Shown one piece after another: positions 28,492-39,391 of a DNA stretch of 64,000 bases; the stretch's first letter is position 1; each line of letters begins with the position of its first letter. This stretch comes from Patescibacteria group bacterium. GTDB taxonomy: Bacteria > Patescibacteriota > Microgenomatia > 0-14-0-10-38-17. The notes under the pieces are model-generated. The model was not told the DNA's origin. It worked only from the letters and a program-made list of their open reading frames with translations, and ran no database searches. The position numbers and the translations under genes are program-made. The DNA is taken from positions 207,437 to 271,436 of the forward strand of contig JBMNNJ010000001.1 of assembly GCA_050953885.1 (NCBI GenBank), in the 5' to 3' direction.

Positions 28492-31062
28492 ATGCCTTTT
28501 GATCCGGAAAAACTAACCAGCAGCGCCCAAAAAGCTTTAATTGACGCTCAAAGGGAGGCCGAAGAACGCCATCATCCCGCCGTTGAGCCCCTTCATTTGC
28601 TGGCCGCTTTAATTAATGACACGGAGGGAATTGTGGCCAGCGCCTTAAAAGAAAACGGCGATTTGGGAAAAATCAGCCAAGAGGTAAAAGAGGCTTTAGA
28701 AAAAATGCCGCAGGTGGCGGGAGAAGCAAAAATTTATATCAGCGCCAGCCTTGCCTCGATTTTGGAGCAAGCAGAAAAAGAAAGAAGCGCCTTTGGCGAC
28801 GATTATCTTTCCACTGAACATCTACTTTTGGCTCTTTTAGCTGTCCCCGGCCCCGTCGGCGAAATTCTCTCAAGAGCGGGTGTTCAAAAAAGCCAAGTTG
28901 AAGCATATTTCAAAAGAGAGCGGGGAGGGGAACGCGCCGATTCGCCCGAATCGGAAGGAAAATTTAAAGCCTTAGAAAAATACACCCTTAATTTAACCCA
29001 AATGGCCCGCGAGGGAAAGCTTGATCCGGTGATCGGCCGCGATCAGGAAATCCGCCGCATTATGGAAATTTTAACGCGGCGGCGCAAAAATAACCCCGCG
29101 CTTTTAGGCGATCCGGGCGTGGGCAAAACCGCCATTGTGGAGGGATTAGCCCAGCGGATTATCAGCGGCGATGTTCCGGAAAGTCTTAAAAACAAGGAAA
29201 TTTTAATGCTTGATCTGGCTTCGCTTTTGGCCGGCGCTAAATTCCGGGGAGAATTTGAAGAACGGCTTAAAGCGGTTATTAACGCCGTTGAAAAGGGCGG
29301 CGGCCGTTATATCCTCTTTATCGACGAAATGCATACCCTTATTGGCGCCGGCGGCGCCGAAGGGGCAGTGGATGCCTCCAATATGTTAAAGCCGGCCTTA
29401 GCCCGGGGAAGCCTTCATGCCATTGGCGCCACCACCGTGAGCGAATACCGCCAATATATTGAAAAAGACCCGGCCTTAGAACGCCGTTTTCAACCAATTC
29501 TCATTGAAGAACCAACGCCGGAGGACACCTTGGCAATTTTGCGCGGTTTAAAAGAAAAATACGAGCTTCACCATAATGTCCGTATTGCCGACGATGCCCT
29601 GATTGCCGCCGTGCGCCTTTCGGTGCGCTACATTAGCGACCGCTTTTTGCCCGACAAGGCCATTGATTTAATTGATGAAGCCGCCGCCGCTTTGGCGATT
29701 GAAACCCAAAGCGTGCCGGAAGAAATTGATCAGATGCGCCGCCGCCTGCGCCAATTGCAAATTGAGTCGGAGGCGCTTAAAAAAGAAAAGGAAAAAGAGC
29801 GTTTCGAACAAATTAAAAAAGAAATTTCCTCGCTGGAGGAAAAACTGCGCGGTTGGGAAGCCAAATGGAAAGAGCAAAAAGATATTTTGCAAAAAATTAA
29901 AGAAAACCGCGAAAAGTTAGAAAAGCTAAGACAAGAAGAGGAGAGGGCGGAACGGGAAATAGACCTCGAAAAGGCGGCCAGAATTAAATATGATGAAATT
30001 CCCAAAACCGAGGGGGAACTTAAAAAATACCTCAAACTTTGGCAGGAAATTCCGGAAGAAGAAAAGCTAGTTAAGGACGAAGTTGATGAGGAGGCGGTGG
30101 CTCGGGTGGTGGCCCGCTGGACTCATATCCCCGTTTCCCGCTTGCTTCTTTCCGAAGCGGAAAAATTAGCTCATCTTGAAGAAGAGATTCACGAACGTTT
30201 TGTTGATCAGGAAGACGCGGTGCGGGAAGTGGCCAATGCCATTCGCCGCAATCGGGCGGGATTGGATATGGGCAACCGGCCGATTGGCGTTTTTCTTTTC
30301 TTGGGCCCCACGGGGGTGGGCAAAACTGAACTGGCTCGCACCCTAGCTTTCCTTCTTTTCGACAGCGAACAGGCGATGATTAGAATTGATATGTCCGAAT
30401 ACCAGGAACGTCATAGTGTGGCCCGCTTGATCGGCTCTCCCCCTGGCTATGTCGGTTATGAAGAAGGAGGCCAGCTCACCGAAGCGGTGCGCCGCCGACC
30501 CTACAGCGTGATTTTATTTGACGAAATTGAAAAAGCCCATCCTGATGTTTTTAATCTTTTCCTGCAGATTTTTGACGACGGCCGGCTTACCGATGGGCAG
30601 GGCCGCACGGTTGACTTTAAAAACACGATCATTATTATGACCTCCAACCTGGGAACGCCAATCATCCAGGAAAAAGAGAAAAGCGAAGAAGAAAAAGAAA
30701 GAGAAGTTTGGCAGTTAATCCAGCAAACTTTCAAGCCGGAATTTGTTAACCGTTTGGACCAGATTATTATCTTTAACCAATTAACCAAAGAGCAAATTTC
30801 CCAAGTGGTTGACTTGGAAATTAAGAAAGTGGCTAAAAATCTCCAAGAAAACCGTAACCTAAAGCTGGAAATAAGCCAAGAAGCAAAAGAGCTTATCGCT
30901 AAATTAGGTTATGACCCGCAATTTGGCGCCCGACCCCTAAAGCGGGTAATTCAAAATAATATTTTGGATAAAATCGCTTTAATGATTATTGAGGGCAAAA
31001 TAAAAGAAGGAAAAACAATTAAGGTGGAGGCCCAAAACGGCCAGTTCTTAATTAAAGCATAG
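28492..31062 (+). CDS. clpB: Chaperone ClpB
   Basis: Clp N domain, GDPGVGKT and [11 protein letters not shown] modules, coiled-coil middle domain, GARPLKR. Confidence 0.95.
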   Translation: MPFDPEKLTSSAQKALIDAQREAEERHHPAVEPLHLLAALINDTEGIVASALKENGDLGKISQEVKEALEKMPQVAGEAKIYISASLASILEQAEKERSAFGDDYLSTEHLLLALLAVPGPVGEILSRAGVQKSQVEAYFKRERGGERADSPESEGKFKALEKYTLNLTQMAREGKLDPVIGRDQEIRRIMEILTRRRKNNPALLGDPGVGKTAIVEGLAQRIISGDVPESLKNKEILMLDLASLLAGAKFRGEFEERLKAVINAVEKGGGRYILFIDEMHTLIGAGGAEGAVDASNMLKPALARGSLHAIGATTVSEYRQYIEKDPALERRFQPILIEEPTPEDTLAILRGLKEKYELHHNVRIADDALIAAVRLSVRYISDRFLPDKAIDLIDEAAAALAIETQSVPEEIDQMRRRLRQLQIESEALKKEKEKERFEQIKKEISSLEEKLRGWEAKWKEQKDILQKIKENREKLEKLRQEEERAEREIDLEKAARIKYDEIPKTEGELKKYLKLWQEIPEEEKLVKDEVDEEAVARVVARWTHIPVSRLLLSEAEKLAHLEEEIHERFVDQEDAVREVANAIRRNRAGLDMGNRPIGVFLFLGPTGVGKTELARTLAFLLFDSEQAMIRIDMSEYQERHSVARLIGSPPGYVGYEEGGQLTEAVRRRPYSVILFDEIEKAHPDVFNLFLQIFDDGRLTDGQGRTVDFKNTIIIMTSNLGTPIIQEKEKSEEEKEREVWQLIQQTFKPEFVNRLDQIIIFNQLTKEQISQVVDLEIKKVAKNLQENRNLKLEISQEAKELIAKLGYDPQFGARPLKRVIQNNILDKIALMIIEGKIKEGKTIKVEAQNGQFLIKA

Positions 31063-31142
31063 TTAATTAATAAAACAGGGATTATTTTTCCCCAAAAAGT
31101 CGTTTTTTGACTTAAAATAATTAAAGGTGGAAATAAATAAAA

Positions 31143-33254
31143 ATGGAAAATAGAGCTGAATTGTCGCCAGCTTTTCCTTATCCTCAAAGAGAAGTAGAAA
31201 TCAGCAAGGAAAAACTTGGGGAAATTTTAGAAACAAAACCAATAAAACTAACAGAGAAAGAGAGGGAAAGAGTCGGCGAATTTGAAGGCGAACTTTTTGA
31301 ACAATATCTCCCTCTTGAAAACATTGCCCCGGAAACACACGCTGTTTATCCCCAATATTTTCTCAGCGACACGGGGTGGCGTTTGTTTCAAATGGTTTAC
31401 CAAGACTCAAGCCTTAGCCAAAGAATAGAAAAGATCTTAGAAGAGCAGGGAATAAAATTTGACAAAGAAAGTGTTGCCGGCCGACAGACAGAAAAAACAT
31501 TTTGGAACACGGTTTTTAAGGATCTTTTGACAGTCGCCGAGGATGAAGAAAAATTTACCCAATATCAAGAAAAAGGATGGCCGTTTAAAGAGAGGGAAAA
31601 GGCTCTTGGTGAAAAAGCATCGTTAACATTGCCAGGGGAAATCACCGCTTTGGCAAAACCCACTACCCTTGAGGAAGCCGAGAAGCTTTTTTATCAAACT
31701 TCCAACCAAAGCTTGAAAGACATTCAAAAACAGCTTCAGAAAGGGGTAGAAACAGCCTCCAGCGATTGGGCCAGAGATCGTTTCCTGGAAGAATTTCAGA
31801 AAGCTGGCGGCAACGTCGGCCAGATTACCAATCCTGTCATAATAAGCAGAGTCGTTAACCCGGAAAGCCTGCTGGAAAAAATTAAAGGCTACCGAAGCCT
31901 CAAGAAAGAGTGGAAAGAACTAAAACGAAAATTGTTAGAAAACGACGACCCTCTTAGCCAAGCCAAAGTGGCTGTTTTAAACATTTATTTAAGACGACTT
32001 AATGTCTCTATTGCTGAACAATATTCTACCGGGAGGGTAATCGCTTCTTCTCCTCAGCCTAGCCCGGAGGAAAAAAAGGCTTATCAGGCCATTAAAGGGA
32101 CCAAGGCCGAACTACCCGAGGACCGCTTTAGCGCTTCAAAAGTTTCAAGAACAATGGAGCACATTGACCATTTCCTTGTTGGCGCCAGCCAGGTAATCAA
32201 CCCCAACACCGGACTTTACAAAACAATTTCTCCAAAAATTGACGAAATTATTGCTAAAGCTGGGCAAGAAAAGGATTCAAAAAACCAAAAATTTGAAAAA
32301 TACAACGCTGTCAGGGTAAACGCCGAACAGGCTAAGTTTTTAGGAGAGATTATTCTTCGGACTTACCACCTCGATCAGGAGGGATGGACTATTTATATCG
32401 ATCCCCACCAAAAATCTTTAGCCTGTGCTTATAAAGAAGCTTTTGAAGGAGAAGAAAAGAAAATAAAACAAATTAAAATTCCCCCAGAGTATAATCGCGG
32501 CCTGATAGATACTCTCAAAGCTTTAGCCCACGAAATCGAGGGCCACGCCCTAAGGTGGCAAAATTAAGAAACCTTCTTGGCAAAAGAGGAGGAGGGGATG
32601 CGCTTATTTAGCGAGTTAACCACGGGCCGCGAAAATCTTCTCTCTGAAGCAGCAGCAATTTATATAGAAAAGAAAACTTTAAGGGAAACCGTAGGAAAAG
32701 AAAGGCTTCCTAGCCGTTATTATTATCTAATTTTGAAAAGAAAAAGAGACGGCGGCAGCTTTAAGGAATGTTTTCAAACTGCTATGGAAGCATTCGCTGA
32801 AAAAAGGGGGCAAACTCTCACAGAAATCATAGGTGATAACAAGAAGTTTGAAGAAGCGTGGCGGTACGCTTATCCTAGAACATTAAGAATTTTCCGCGAG
32901 GAAACACCCCTTGACGATACCAGTGGCTACTTGCCGTCTTCCAAAACTCTCCATTACACCGAGCAGGAAATTATTGGCGAAGAACTGGAAAAAGCCGGTC
33001 TTGCCGATTTATTATTCGTAGGAGGAACTGATTTTTATTCTCTTGCTGATTTAAGAAAATTAGGTTTGCTAGACTTTGATAAAATTAACAAGCCAAAATA
33101 CGCCGCGGTGGCTCTTTTTGAAAAAATAAAAGAACAAATTGACCAAGGAAAAACTTTAGAAGAAATCATCAGCGCTTATGAAAATCAGCCTCCGTCTTTT
33201 GAAACACAGAAAAAGTTATCAAAGCAAACGCCAAAACGGCCAGTTCTTAATTAA
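31143..33254 (+). pseudogene. DUF1704-like metallopeptidase-domain protein interrupted by one in-frame TAA (32565-32567)
   Basis: ORFs 31143-32567 and 32577-33254 are in the same frame; AHEIEGH motif immediately before the stop. Confidence 0.6.
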
Positions 33255-33267
33255 AGCTTAGGCAATA

Positions 33268-33945
33268 TTGAAAAAAATCCTCGTTACCCTTACCACCACC
33301 AATTCTTCCTGGCAGGAAAAAATTAAAGAAATTAAGAATCTAGAACTTAAAGAAATTGCTTTATTTTTAACCTGCCTTAACCGGCAAGAAAGAGAAGAAT
33401 GCTACCGCGCCCTTGCCAAAACCGGTTTGGAAAAAATTCCCTTTGTCCATCTTCGTTCCGACATGAGCGCCGAGGAGGTAGGATTCTTAATCAAAAATTA
33501 CCAAACCGAAGTTTTTAATATTCACAGCGAAAGGGAATTTCCATTAAAAGATGATTTATCTTTTTGGGCTAACCGGATTTATCTGGAAAACACCGATCTT
33601 CTTCTTGGCGAGGAGGAATTAAAAAAATGGGCGGGAATTTGTTTGGACCTCTCCCATTTGGAAGATGACCGCTACCTTAAGCAAAAGCGGTATAAAAAAT
33701 ATTTAAGGTTAATTAAAAAATATCCGGTGGGCGTTAACCATATTAGCGCCGTGAGGAAAAAAGTTTTCCGTCATCCTGAATTTGGTTTGGTTAAAAGCGC
33801 TCATTTTCTTAAAAGCCTTAACGAGCTTGACTATCTTAAAAATTACCCGGCTAATTTTTTTGCTCCCCTAATTGCCATTGAACTGGAAAACTCTTTGGAA
33901 GAACAATTGAAGATTAAAACTTACTTGGAAAAGCTTCTTTTTTAG
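33268..33945 (+). CDS. Hypothetical protein, possible TIM-barrel (AP endonuclease 2/xylose isomerase-like)
   Basis: VHL, NIH, LEN, CLDLSH, NHIS, IELE spacing. Confidence 0.55.
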   Translation: MKKILVTLTTTNSSWQEKIKEIKNLELKEIALFLTCLNRQEREECYRALAKTGLEKIPFVHLRSDMSAEEVGFLIKNYQTEVFNIHSEREFPLKDDLSFWANRIYLENTDLLLGEEELKKWAGICLDLSHLEDDRYLKQKRYKKYLRLIKKYPVGVNHISAVRKKVFRHPEFGLVKSAHFLKSLNELDYLKNYPANFFAPLIAIELENSLEEQLKIKTYLEKLLF

Positions 33946-34433
33946 AAAGATTTTTCTTCTCTTTTTGCCCACAAAAGCAGGGAAGAAGTTAACAAAAATA
34001 AACCGCCCGATATGAAAAGAATTTGGGTGGGAGCAAAATTACCCACCACCGGCGTGGTGGCCTCTGCCGGCGCGCCCACTCCGGCCGGCATTTCCCCGCC
34101 AACAGTTAAGGTAAAAGCAACCGTGCTTCCCTGCGAGGCAAAAGAAACCTGATGATCGCCATTTGCCAGCGGCGCGGGAGTATAAGACCATTGGCCCGCC
34201 TCATCCACACTCACCGTTTCCGTGGCGCCGTCAATGGTGGCTTCCACCTGACTGCCGGCCACTCCTTCGCCGGTAAAAGTAATGTTGCCGTTGGAATACC
34301 ACCAGTGATCATAAAGCTTGCCCGCCGTTGACAACCCGCCAATATTCTTCAGCTGAAAACCGGCAGCAAAAAGAGGCGCGCCGCTTAAAAGAAAGAAAAA
34401 ACCCGCCGCCAAAAGAACTATCGTTTTCTTCAT
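33942..34433 (-). CDS. Secreted Ig-like protein with C-terminal TM anchor
   Basis: Signal peptide, G-WSYTP--LA-G-H motif, hydrophobic tail with basic end. Confidence 0.7.
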   Translation of the reverse strand: MKKTIVLLAAGFFFLLSGAPLFAAGFQLKNIGGLSTAGKLYDHWWYSNGNITFTGEGVAGSQVEATIDGATETVSVDEAGQWSYTPAPLANGDHQVSFASQGSTVAFTLTVGGEMPAGVGAPAEATTPVVGNFAPTQILFISGGLFLLTSSLLLWAKREEKSF

Positions 34434-34475
34434 CTTAAGAAGAGAGTAATCCTTTTTTTTCTCGTTGTCAAGGCG

Positions 34476-34533
34476 GCCTTTGGCGCAAAAATCCCGAGGT
34501 TTGAAGCTATTTAACTCCGGGGGTTTGAAGCTA
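34476..34533. repeat. Cassette-boundary site (58-bp copy, 1 mismatch to 36946-37003)
   Basis: gcctttggcgcaaaaatcccgaggtttgaagctatttaactccgggggtttgaagcta. Confidence 0.9.
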
Positions 34534-34560
34534 CTTAGTTTTTTGTGCTATAATAACCTT

Positions 34561-34749
34561 ATCGTTAATCAACCCTCCGTCGACAAACTAATTAAAATCT
34601 TTTTAAAAAGAGGTGGACGGATCGACAAATACTATCTTCAAGATAATAATCAGAGCAAGCACACCCTGCTCTACCTTAAAGGTTGGTTTGCCGGCAAAAA
34701 CATTCGCGAGGCCCTAAATAAAGCCCTTTTTTCGCCCAAAAACAAATAG
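34561..34749 (+). CDS. Small hypothetical protein (start uncertain)
   Basis: Open frame following TG-n-TATAAT at 34546-34554; the tracked 5' extension runs through the repeat. Confidence 0.4.
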   Translation: MVNQPSVDKLIKIFLKRGGRIDKYYLQDNNQSKHTLLYLKGWFAGKNIREALNKALFSPKNK

Positions 34750-34784
34750 ACTTTGGGGGGAAACTGGCTATTAGCCGACCTTCG

Positions 34785-34972
34785 TGTTATAATACTTTTT
34801 GATTGATGCAGATTGTGCCTTGGTACATCTGCTTATACTGATTTAGTTTTTTAAAAGATAAAGATACCTCAAGCTTTCTACTCAAGTATCTTCACATTAA
34901 AAACGACTTCATTTCTTTAAGCAGATCTACCTGGGCGCAATTCCCCCCTCAACTTAAAACCGAAAATAACTC
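34785..34972 (+). promoter_or_regulatory. Extended -10 promoter and structured 5' leader of the DEAD-box helicase
   Basis: TGTTATAAT 34785-34793; 34813-34834 pairs with 34919-34940. Confidence 0.55.
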
Positions 34973-36166
34973 ATGGCCTACTTCAAACAAAGAAACTATT
35001 ATCGCCGGCCAACTTCTGGCTCCGGCAATTGGGCCAACAAAAGACATTTTCGAAATTCAGGAAAAAAACTCGACGAAAGCCTGTTTATTAAAAAAGCCAA
35101 AGGCGGCCCGGTTGAAAAACCTTTTGCCGAAGGAGCCAAGTTTGCCGACTACGCCCTGGTTGACCAATTAAAAACCAACATTGCCCAACACGGCTATCAA
35201 ACCCCCACCCAAATTCAAGACCAGGTTATCCCTCAGGTTTTGGCCGGTAAAGACATTATTGGCGTGGCTAACACCGGCACCGGTAAAACGGCCGCTTTTT
35301 TAACCGGCCTCATTAATAAAGCCTATTTAGACAGAAATCAAAGAGTATTAATCATCGTGCCCACCCGGGAATTAGCCCTGCAAATTGGCCAAGAATTTAA
35401 CCATCTTGCCAAAGGAATGGGTCTTAATATCGCTACCATTATCGGCGGCGTCAATATCGGCTGGCAAATAAGTCTTTTAAGATCAAATCCCAATTTTATC
35501 GTTGGCACCCCGGGTCGGTTAAAAGATTTAATTGGCCGCAAAAAGATCGAGCCGGCCTCTTTTGGCAATATTGTCTTGGACGAGGTTGATCGCATGGTCG
35601 ATATGGGCTTTATTAAAGATATTAAGTACTTAGTTTCGCTTTTACCCCAAAACCGCCAAGGGCTGTTTTTTTCGGCGACAGTTGATGATAAAACAGAGCA
35701 AATCTTGCAAAACTTTGCTCACCAACCGATTCGGGTCTCGGTAAAACACCAAGACACTCTTGATAATATTGATCAGGATATTATAAAAATTACCAATCGG
35801 GGCACTAAAATCGACGTCTTAAGAAAATTACTGGCCCAACCGGGCTTTGATAAGGTGCTGATTTTTGGCCGAACCAAATGGGGCATGGAAAGGCTGGCCC
35901 GCTCCCTGGTGGAATACGGCATTAAGGCCACCGCTATTCATGGCAATAAATCTCAAAACCAAAGACAAAAAGCCCTGGCGCAATTTAAAAACAACCAGCT
36001 TCAGGTCTTAACGGCCACTGATGTGGCTTCTCGAGGCCTAGATATTGATAACGTTACCCAGGTAATTAATTATGATCCTCCGGCTACTTATGATGATTAT
36101 GTTCACCGCATCGGCCGAACCGGCCGGATGGGTAAAAAGGGCTTAGCGCTGACCTTTATCGAATAA
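34973..36166 (+). CDS. DEAD-box RNA helicase
   Basis: Q motif, TGTGKT, PTRELA, TPGRL, DEVD, SAT, RGLD, HRIGRTGR. Confidence 0.95.
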   Translation: MAYFKQRNYYRRPTSGSGNWANKRHFRNSGKKLDESLFIKKAKGGPVEKPFAEGAKFADYALVDQLKTNIAQHGYQTPTQIQDQVIPQVLAGKDIIGVANTGTGKTAAFLTGLINKAYLDRNQRVLIIVPTRELALQIGQEFNHLAKGMGLNIATIIGGVNIGWQISLLRSNPNFIVGTPGRLKDLIGRKKIEPASFGNIVLDEVDRMVDMGFIKDIKYLVSLLPQNRQGLFFSATVDDKTEQILQNFAHQPIRVSVKHQDTLDNIDQDIIKITNRGTKIDVLRKLLAQPGFDKVLIFGRTKWGMERLARSLVEYGIKATAIHGNKSQNQRQKALAQFKNNQLQVLTATDVASRGLDIDNVTQVINYDPPATYDDYVHRIGRTGRMGKKGLALTFIE

Positions 36167-36244
36167 CCCCAATCCCCGCTCCTCTTGAGGAAAAAAAAGC
36201 TCCTAAGGGTAAAATAAAAAGTGCTATTTAGAAACCGCGTTTAT

Positions 36245-36278
36245 AAGCTAACCAACGCCGGGGGGGGTTAAATAGCTT
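36245..36278. repeat. Cassette-boundary site (spacer with expanded G run)
   Basis: aagctaaccaac-gccggggggg-gttaaatagctt. Confidence 0.85.
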
Positions 36279-36280
36279 TT

Positions 36281-36622
36281 TTATTTATTTAAATACATCT
36301 TGAATTCAATGCCGAAATTTTCAAATCCGTTCTTCTCATACATCTTATGGACACTTTCTCTTTCATAACGGCTGGTAGCGACAAGTTTGTAGCACCCGAG
36401 ATTTTTAGCTTCGGTGATAACCATATTTAATAATTTAGTGCCGATGCCCTGTCCTCTAAGTTGTTCATCAACAAATAAATCCTCTAACAAGCCAAATGGT
36501 TCTTTCTTTAGGTCATTTTTCATTACATACAAAAAGGCTCGGGCAACTTCTTTTCCGTCTTTTTCTATAAAGAATTTTACTCCAAATGATTTAACTGGTT
36601 TTTTGTTTATTTTTATGTCCAT
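36281..36622 (-). CDS. GNAT acetyltransferase
   Basis: LFVDEQLRGQGIGTKL, YEKNGF. Confidence 0.9.
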   Translation of the reverse strand: MDIKINKKPVKSFGVKFFIEKDGKEVARAFLYVMKNDLKKEPFGLLEDLFVDEQLRGQGIGTKLLNMVITEAKNLGCYKLVATSRYERESVHKMYEKNGFENFGIEFKMYLNK

Positions 36623-36713
36623 TTTTAGTTTTCCCGGAAGAATTTAATTGCTCAAAGGTTTACAATATCTTACCTAAAAAATTGAAATAAGGCAATTTTT
36701 AACCTGTCATTGT

Positions 36714-36746
36714 GAAGCTAATCAACGCCGGGGGTTAAATAGCTTC
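36714..36746. repeat. Cassette-boundary site
   Basis: gaagctaatcaac-gccgggg-gttaaatagcttc. Confidence 0.9.
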
Positions 36747-36759
36747 ATCTGAAGAACGC

Positions 36760-36851
36760 AGATCCTGACTTTCGTCAGGATGACAGCTACGGGGATGATT
36801 CCCGCCAGGCGGATTCGTCAGAGCTTGTCCTGAATTTAATTCAGGAATGAC
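36760..36851. repeat. Family A palindrome cluster
   Basis: gatcctgactttcgtcaggatgac ... cctgaatttaattcaggaatgac. Confidence 0.85.
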
Positions 36852-36945
36852 AGCTACGATTAGTGTGCCTATTTAAATCCGGGGGTTTGAAGCTATCAAG
36901 GAAAGCGCTTTTACTGCGAATAATTAATAATAGTTAATATTATCT

Positions 36946-37003
36946 GCCTTTGGCGCAAAAATCCCGAGGTTCGAAGCTATTTAACTCCGGGGGTTTGAAG
37001 CTA
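36946..37003. repeat. Cassette-boundary site (partial copy also at 36869-36895)
   Basis: tcccgaggttcgaagctatttaactccgggggtttgaagcta. Confidence 0.9.
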
Positions 37004-37049
37004 TTTATTCAAATTATTAGGAGCATAACCCCTATGTTAAACTAAATTT

Positions 37050-37718
37050 ATGAAAAAGTTCTTTCTGCCTTTTCTTGGCCTCATCGCTCTTTTTCTAGGT
37101 CTTAATAACCTTAATCTTCGCCAGGAAATTCAAAAATTAACCGCCCAAAACAAAGTTATCGAAGTTATTGACGGCGATTCTCTAACCTTAGCCTCCAAAC
37201 AAAGAGTTCGCCTGGCCAATCTTGATGCTCCCGAATTGGAGTTTTGCGGCGGCATTGAAGCGAAGAATAAACTTGAATCCCTCACTCTAAATAAGACTGT
37301 CCGCTTGGAAATAATCGGCCACGACAACCTGAACCGCTCGATTTCTTTAGTTTATGTTGACAATACTCTGGTTAACGAAATCGTTCTCAAAGAGGGCTGG
37401 GCTCGCTATGACGGCTCGCCTTCGCCGGAAAAAGAAAAATTAAAACAAGCTTATGATTATGCCTTTGAAAACCGGCTAGGGATTTTCAGCCCCTTGTGTT
37501 TTTCCGAAGAGCCACCCAGCCCCAAATGCCTAATTAAAGGCAATGTCGACCGCCATTATGGCCAAAAAACCTATCATTTCCCCGGTTGTAGTGGTTATCC
37601 CCAAGTAATGGTAGAAAAAGACTTAGGCGAAGATTGGTTTTGTTCAGAAAAAGAAGCTGAAAAAGCTGGCTTTACCAAATCCAAAAATTGCTATGGTAAA
37701 ATATACGTTCCTATTTAA
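37050..37718 (+). CDS. Thermonuclease (SNase) family protein with C-terminal Cys-containing domain
   Basis: VIDGDS, VRL--DAPE, LVN----EGWA; C-IKGN....YHFPGC...WFCSE-EA--AGF. Confidence 0.9.
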   Translation: MKKFFLPFLGLIALFLGLNNLNLRQEIQKLTAQNKVIEVIDGDSLTLASKQRVRLANLDAPELEFCGGIEAKNKLESLTLNKTVRLEIIGHDNLNRSISLVYVDNTLVNEIVLKEGWARYDGSPSPEKEKLKQAYDYAFENRLGIFSPLCFSEEPPSPKCLIKGNVDRHYGQKTYHFPGCSGYPQVMVEKDLGEDWFCSEKEAEKAGFTKSKNCYGKIYVPI

Positions 37719-37750
37719 CCCCCGGAGTTAAATAGCTTCAAACCTCGGGA
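37711..37750. repeat. Cassette-boundary site, inverted relative to 36962; supplies nuclease stop codon
   Basis: ctatttaac-ccccgga-gttaaatagcttcaaacctcggga. Confidence 0.9.
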
Positions 37751-37951
37751 AAAATATATAATTTTGAACTTACCTCTCCGGCGCGAGCGCCAAAACTACT
37801 GGGCAGGTAGACAAAAATTTAAAACTCTGTTAAAATAGAGAAAACCGAAGAAAAACCAAATATTTGTTTGAAAATTAAAGCTGATGGTAGCATAAAAAGG
37901 CTAAGAGGGATTTCTGGCTTGCTAAAAAATTTTTAATCATCCTTATTACTC

Positions 37952-38440
37952 ATGTTGATTATTCATCCCCAGCCCAATCAGTGGAAAATGTATAGAAAGA
38001 TTCGATTAGCGGCCTTAAAAGAAGATCCGCAAGCCTTTGGCCGCTTTTTTAAAGAAGAAAAAACATATTCCAAAGAAAAATGGTTAGAACGAGTAAATAA
38101 TGACTACAGTCTACTGGCTCTTGAAAACAACAAACCGATAGGAATAATCAGCGCCTATATTACCGAAGAAAAAAACAACAAAGTTGCCCATGTCGTTAGT
38201 GTTTTTGTTCTTAAAGAAGCTCGTGGTAGGGGTGTTGGGAAAAAGTTGCTTAATGCCGTCTTAGAGAAAATAAAAAAAGACCCGACCATTAAAAAAGTTG
38301 TTCTATCTGTAAACAAAGAGCAAATTCCCGCTGTCAAGCTATACCAAAAATTTGGTTTTGAAATTATTGGCCAAAAGCCCGAGCGATTGGGTGATGGCAA
38401 AAAACACATAGAATACGAGATGGAACTATCTTTGAAGTAA
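37952..38440 (+). CDS. GNAT acetyltransferase
   Basis: IRL-AL---P-AF, VFV--EARGRGVG, LYQKFGF. Confidence 0.9.
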   Translation: MLIIHPQPNQWKMYRKIRLAALKEDPQAFGRFFKEEKTYSKEKWLERVNNDYSLLALENNKPIGIISAYITEEKNNKVAHVVSVFVLKEARGRGVGKKLLNAVLEKIKKDPTIKKVVLSVNKEQIPAVKLYQKFGFEIIGQKPERLGDGKKHIEYEMELSLK

Positions 38441-38506
38441 AGGCCCCAAAAGTAACCTAGGCCAAGAAACCACCTAGCCATCTAGAGGGAAACCCTGTTA
38501 TTTCGT

Positions 38507-38536
38507 AGCTATTTAACCCCCGGAGTTGATTAGCTT
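38507..38536. repeat. Cassette-boundary site
   Basis: agctatttaac-ccccgga-gttgattagctt. Confidence 0.9.
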
Positions 38537-38556
38537 TTATAATGGAAGCCTGAAAC

Positions 38557-39345
38557 ATGTCTTCGAAGAGGCGCTTGAAGAAAAGCTGTAAAGTTTCTAC
38601 TACAATACAAATGGGCATTACTGGCAACAATAAAAAAACAAAAACCGAAATCTGTCACAAACATTTCTTGCAAATTCAAGAAAAGTTAGCTACTAACACG
38701 TGGGCAAAAGAAAAACCTAAAGGGAAAAAAGAAATAATAAAACTCTTAAGAATTTGCAATCAGGCATTTGGGAAAATTCCTGGATATATTAAAGTTCTTA
38801 AATCAATATCAAAAAACTTAAATGAAAACGATTCAATTAAATGGCTAAATTATTTTTCTCAAATTCGATGTGCATATTATCTACAAACACAAGGGGTTAG
38901 TATTACCGCCTTTGAGAAAAAAGTAAATGGAAAATTAATTGATTTAGAAATAAATGAGGCAACGCTTTGTGAAGTTAAATCTTTCGAACCTCAACTTAAA
39001 AAAACAGAAAACGCAATAGAATTAGAGGAAGATGTCTTTAAAAACTTTCTTGAAAATAAAATTAAAAAGGCTCTAGATGAACAAAAAGCTGACTTAGTTA
39101 TAATTGATGATATTTTTTCTTATGAATCTAAAATCTACAGATTTTTAAATTATTTCTTATCGTTCATTAATGATCCTGGTACTGAGCGTTATGAAATGAT
39201 CCAAAAAAAATTTGGTAAATATCTACCTAAAATTCTAATTCTAAGTTTTACAAGCTCAATGGCCATTAATCCCATTATCAGAGACCCAATGGGTAGCGAG
39301 TGGGTTAAAATATTGTCATTAAACAAAGCCAAAAATCATGAATAA
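38557..39345 (+). CDS. AT-rich hypothetical protein, possible PD-(D/E)XK fold
   Basis: E....IDL......CEVKS pattern. Confidence 0.55.
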   Translation: MSSKRRLKKSCKVSTTIQMGITGNNKKTKTEICHKHFLQIQEKLATNTWAKEKPKGKKEIIKLLRICNQAFGKIPGYIKVLKSISKNLNENDSIKWLNYFSQIRCAYYLQTQGVSITAFEKKVNGKLIDLEINEATLCEVKSFEPQLKKTENAIELEEDVFKNFLENKIKKALDEQKADLVIIDDIFSYESKIYRFLNYFLSFINDPGTERYEMIQKKFGKYLPKILILSFTSSMAINPIIRDPMGSEWVKILSLNKAKNHE

Positions 39346-39348
39346 AAA

Positions 39349-39391
39349 AAGCTATTCGACCCCCGGAATTGATTAGCTTCAAAACTCGGGA
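39349..39391. repeat. Cassette-boundary site
   Basis: aagctattcgac-ccccgga-attgattagcttcaaaactcggga. Confidence 0.85.

Noticed and set aside
32565-32567. Stop-codon reassignment
   Set aside because: TAA, TAG and TGA all terminate bona fide genes in this window; a single event is better explained by mutation or error.
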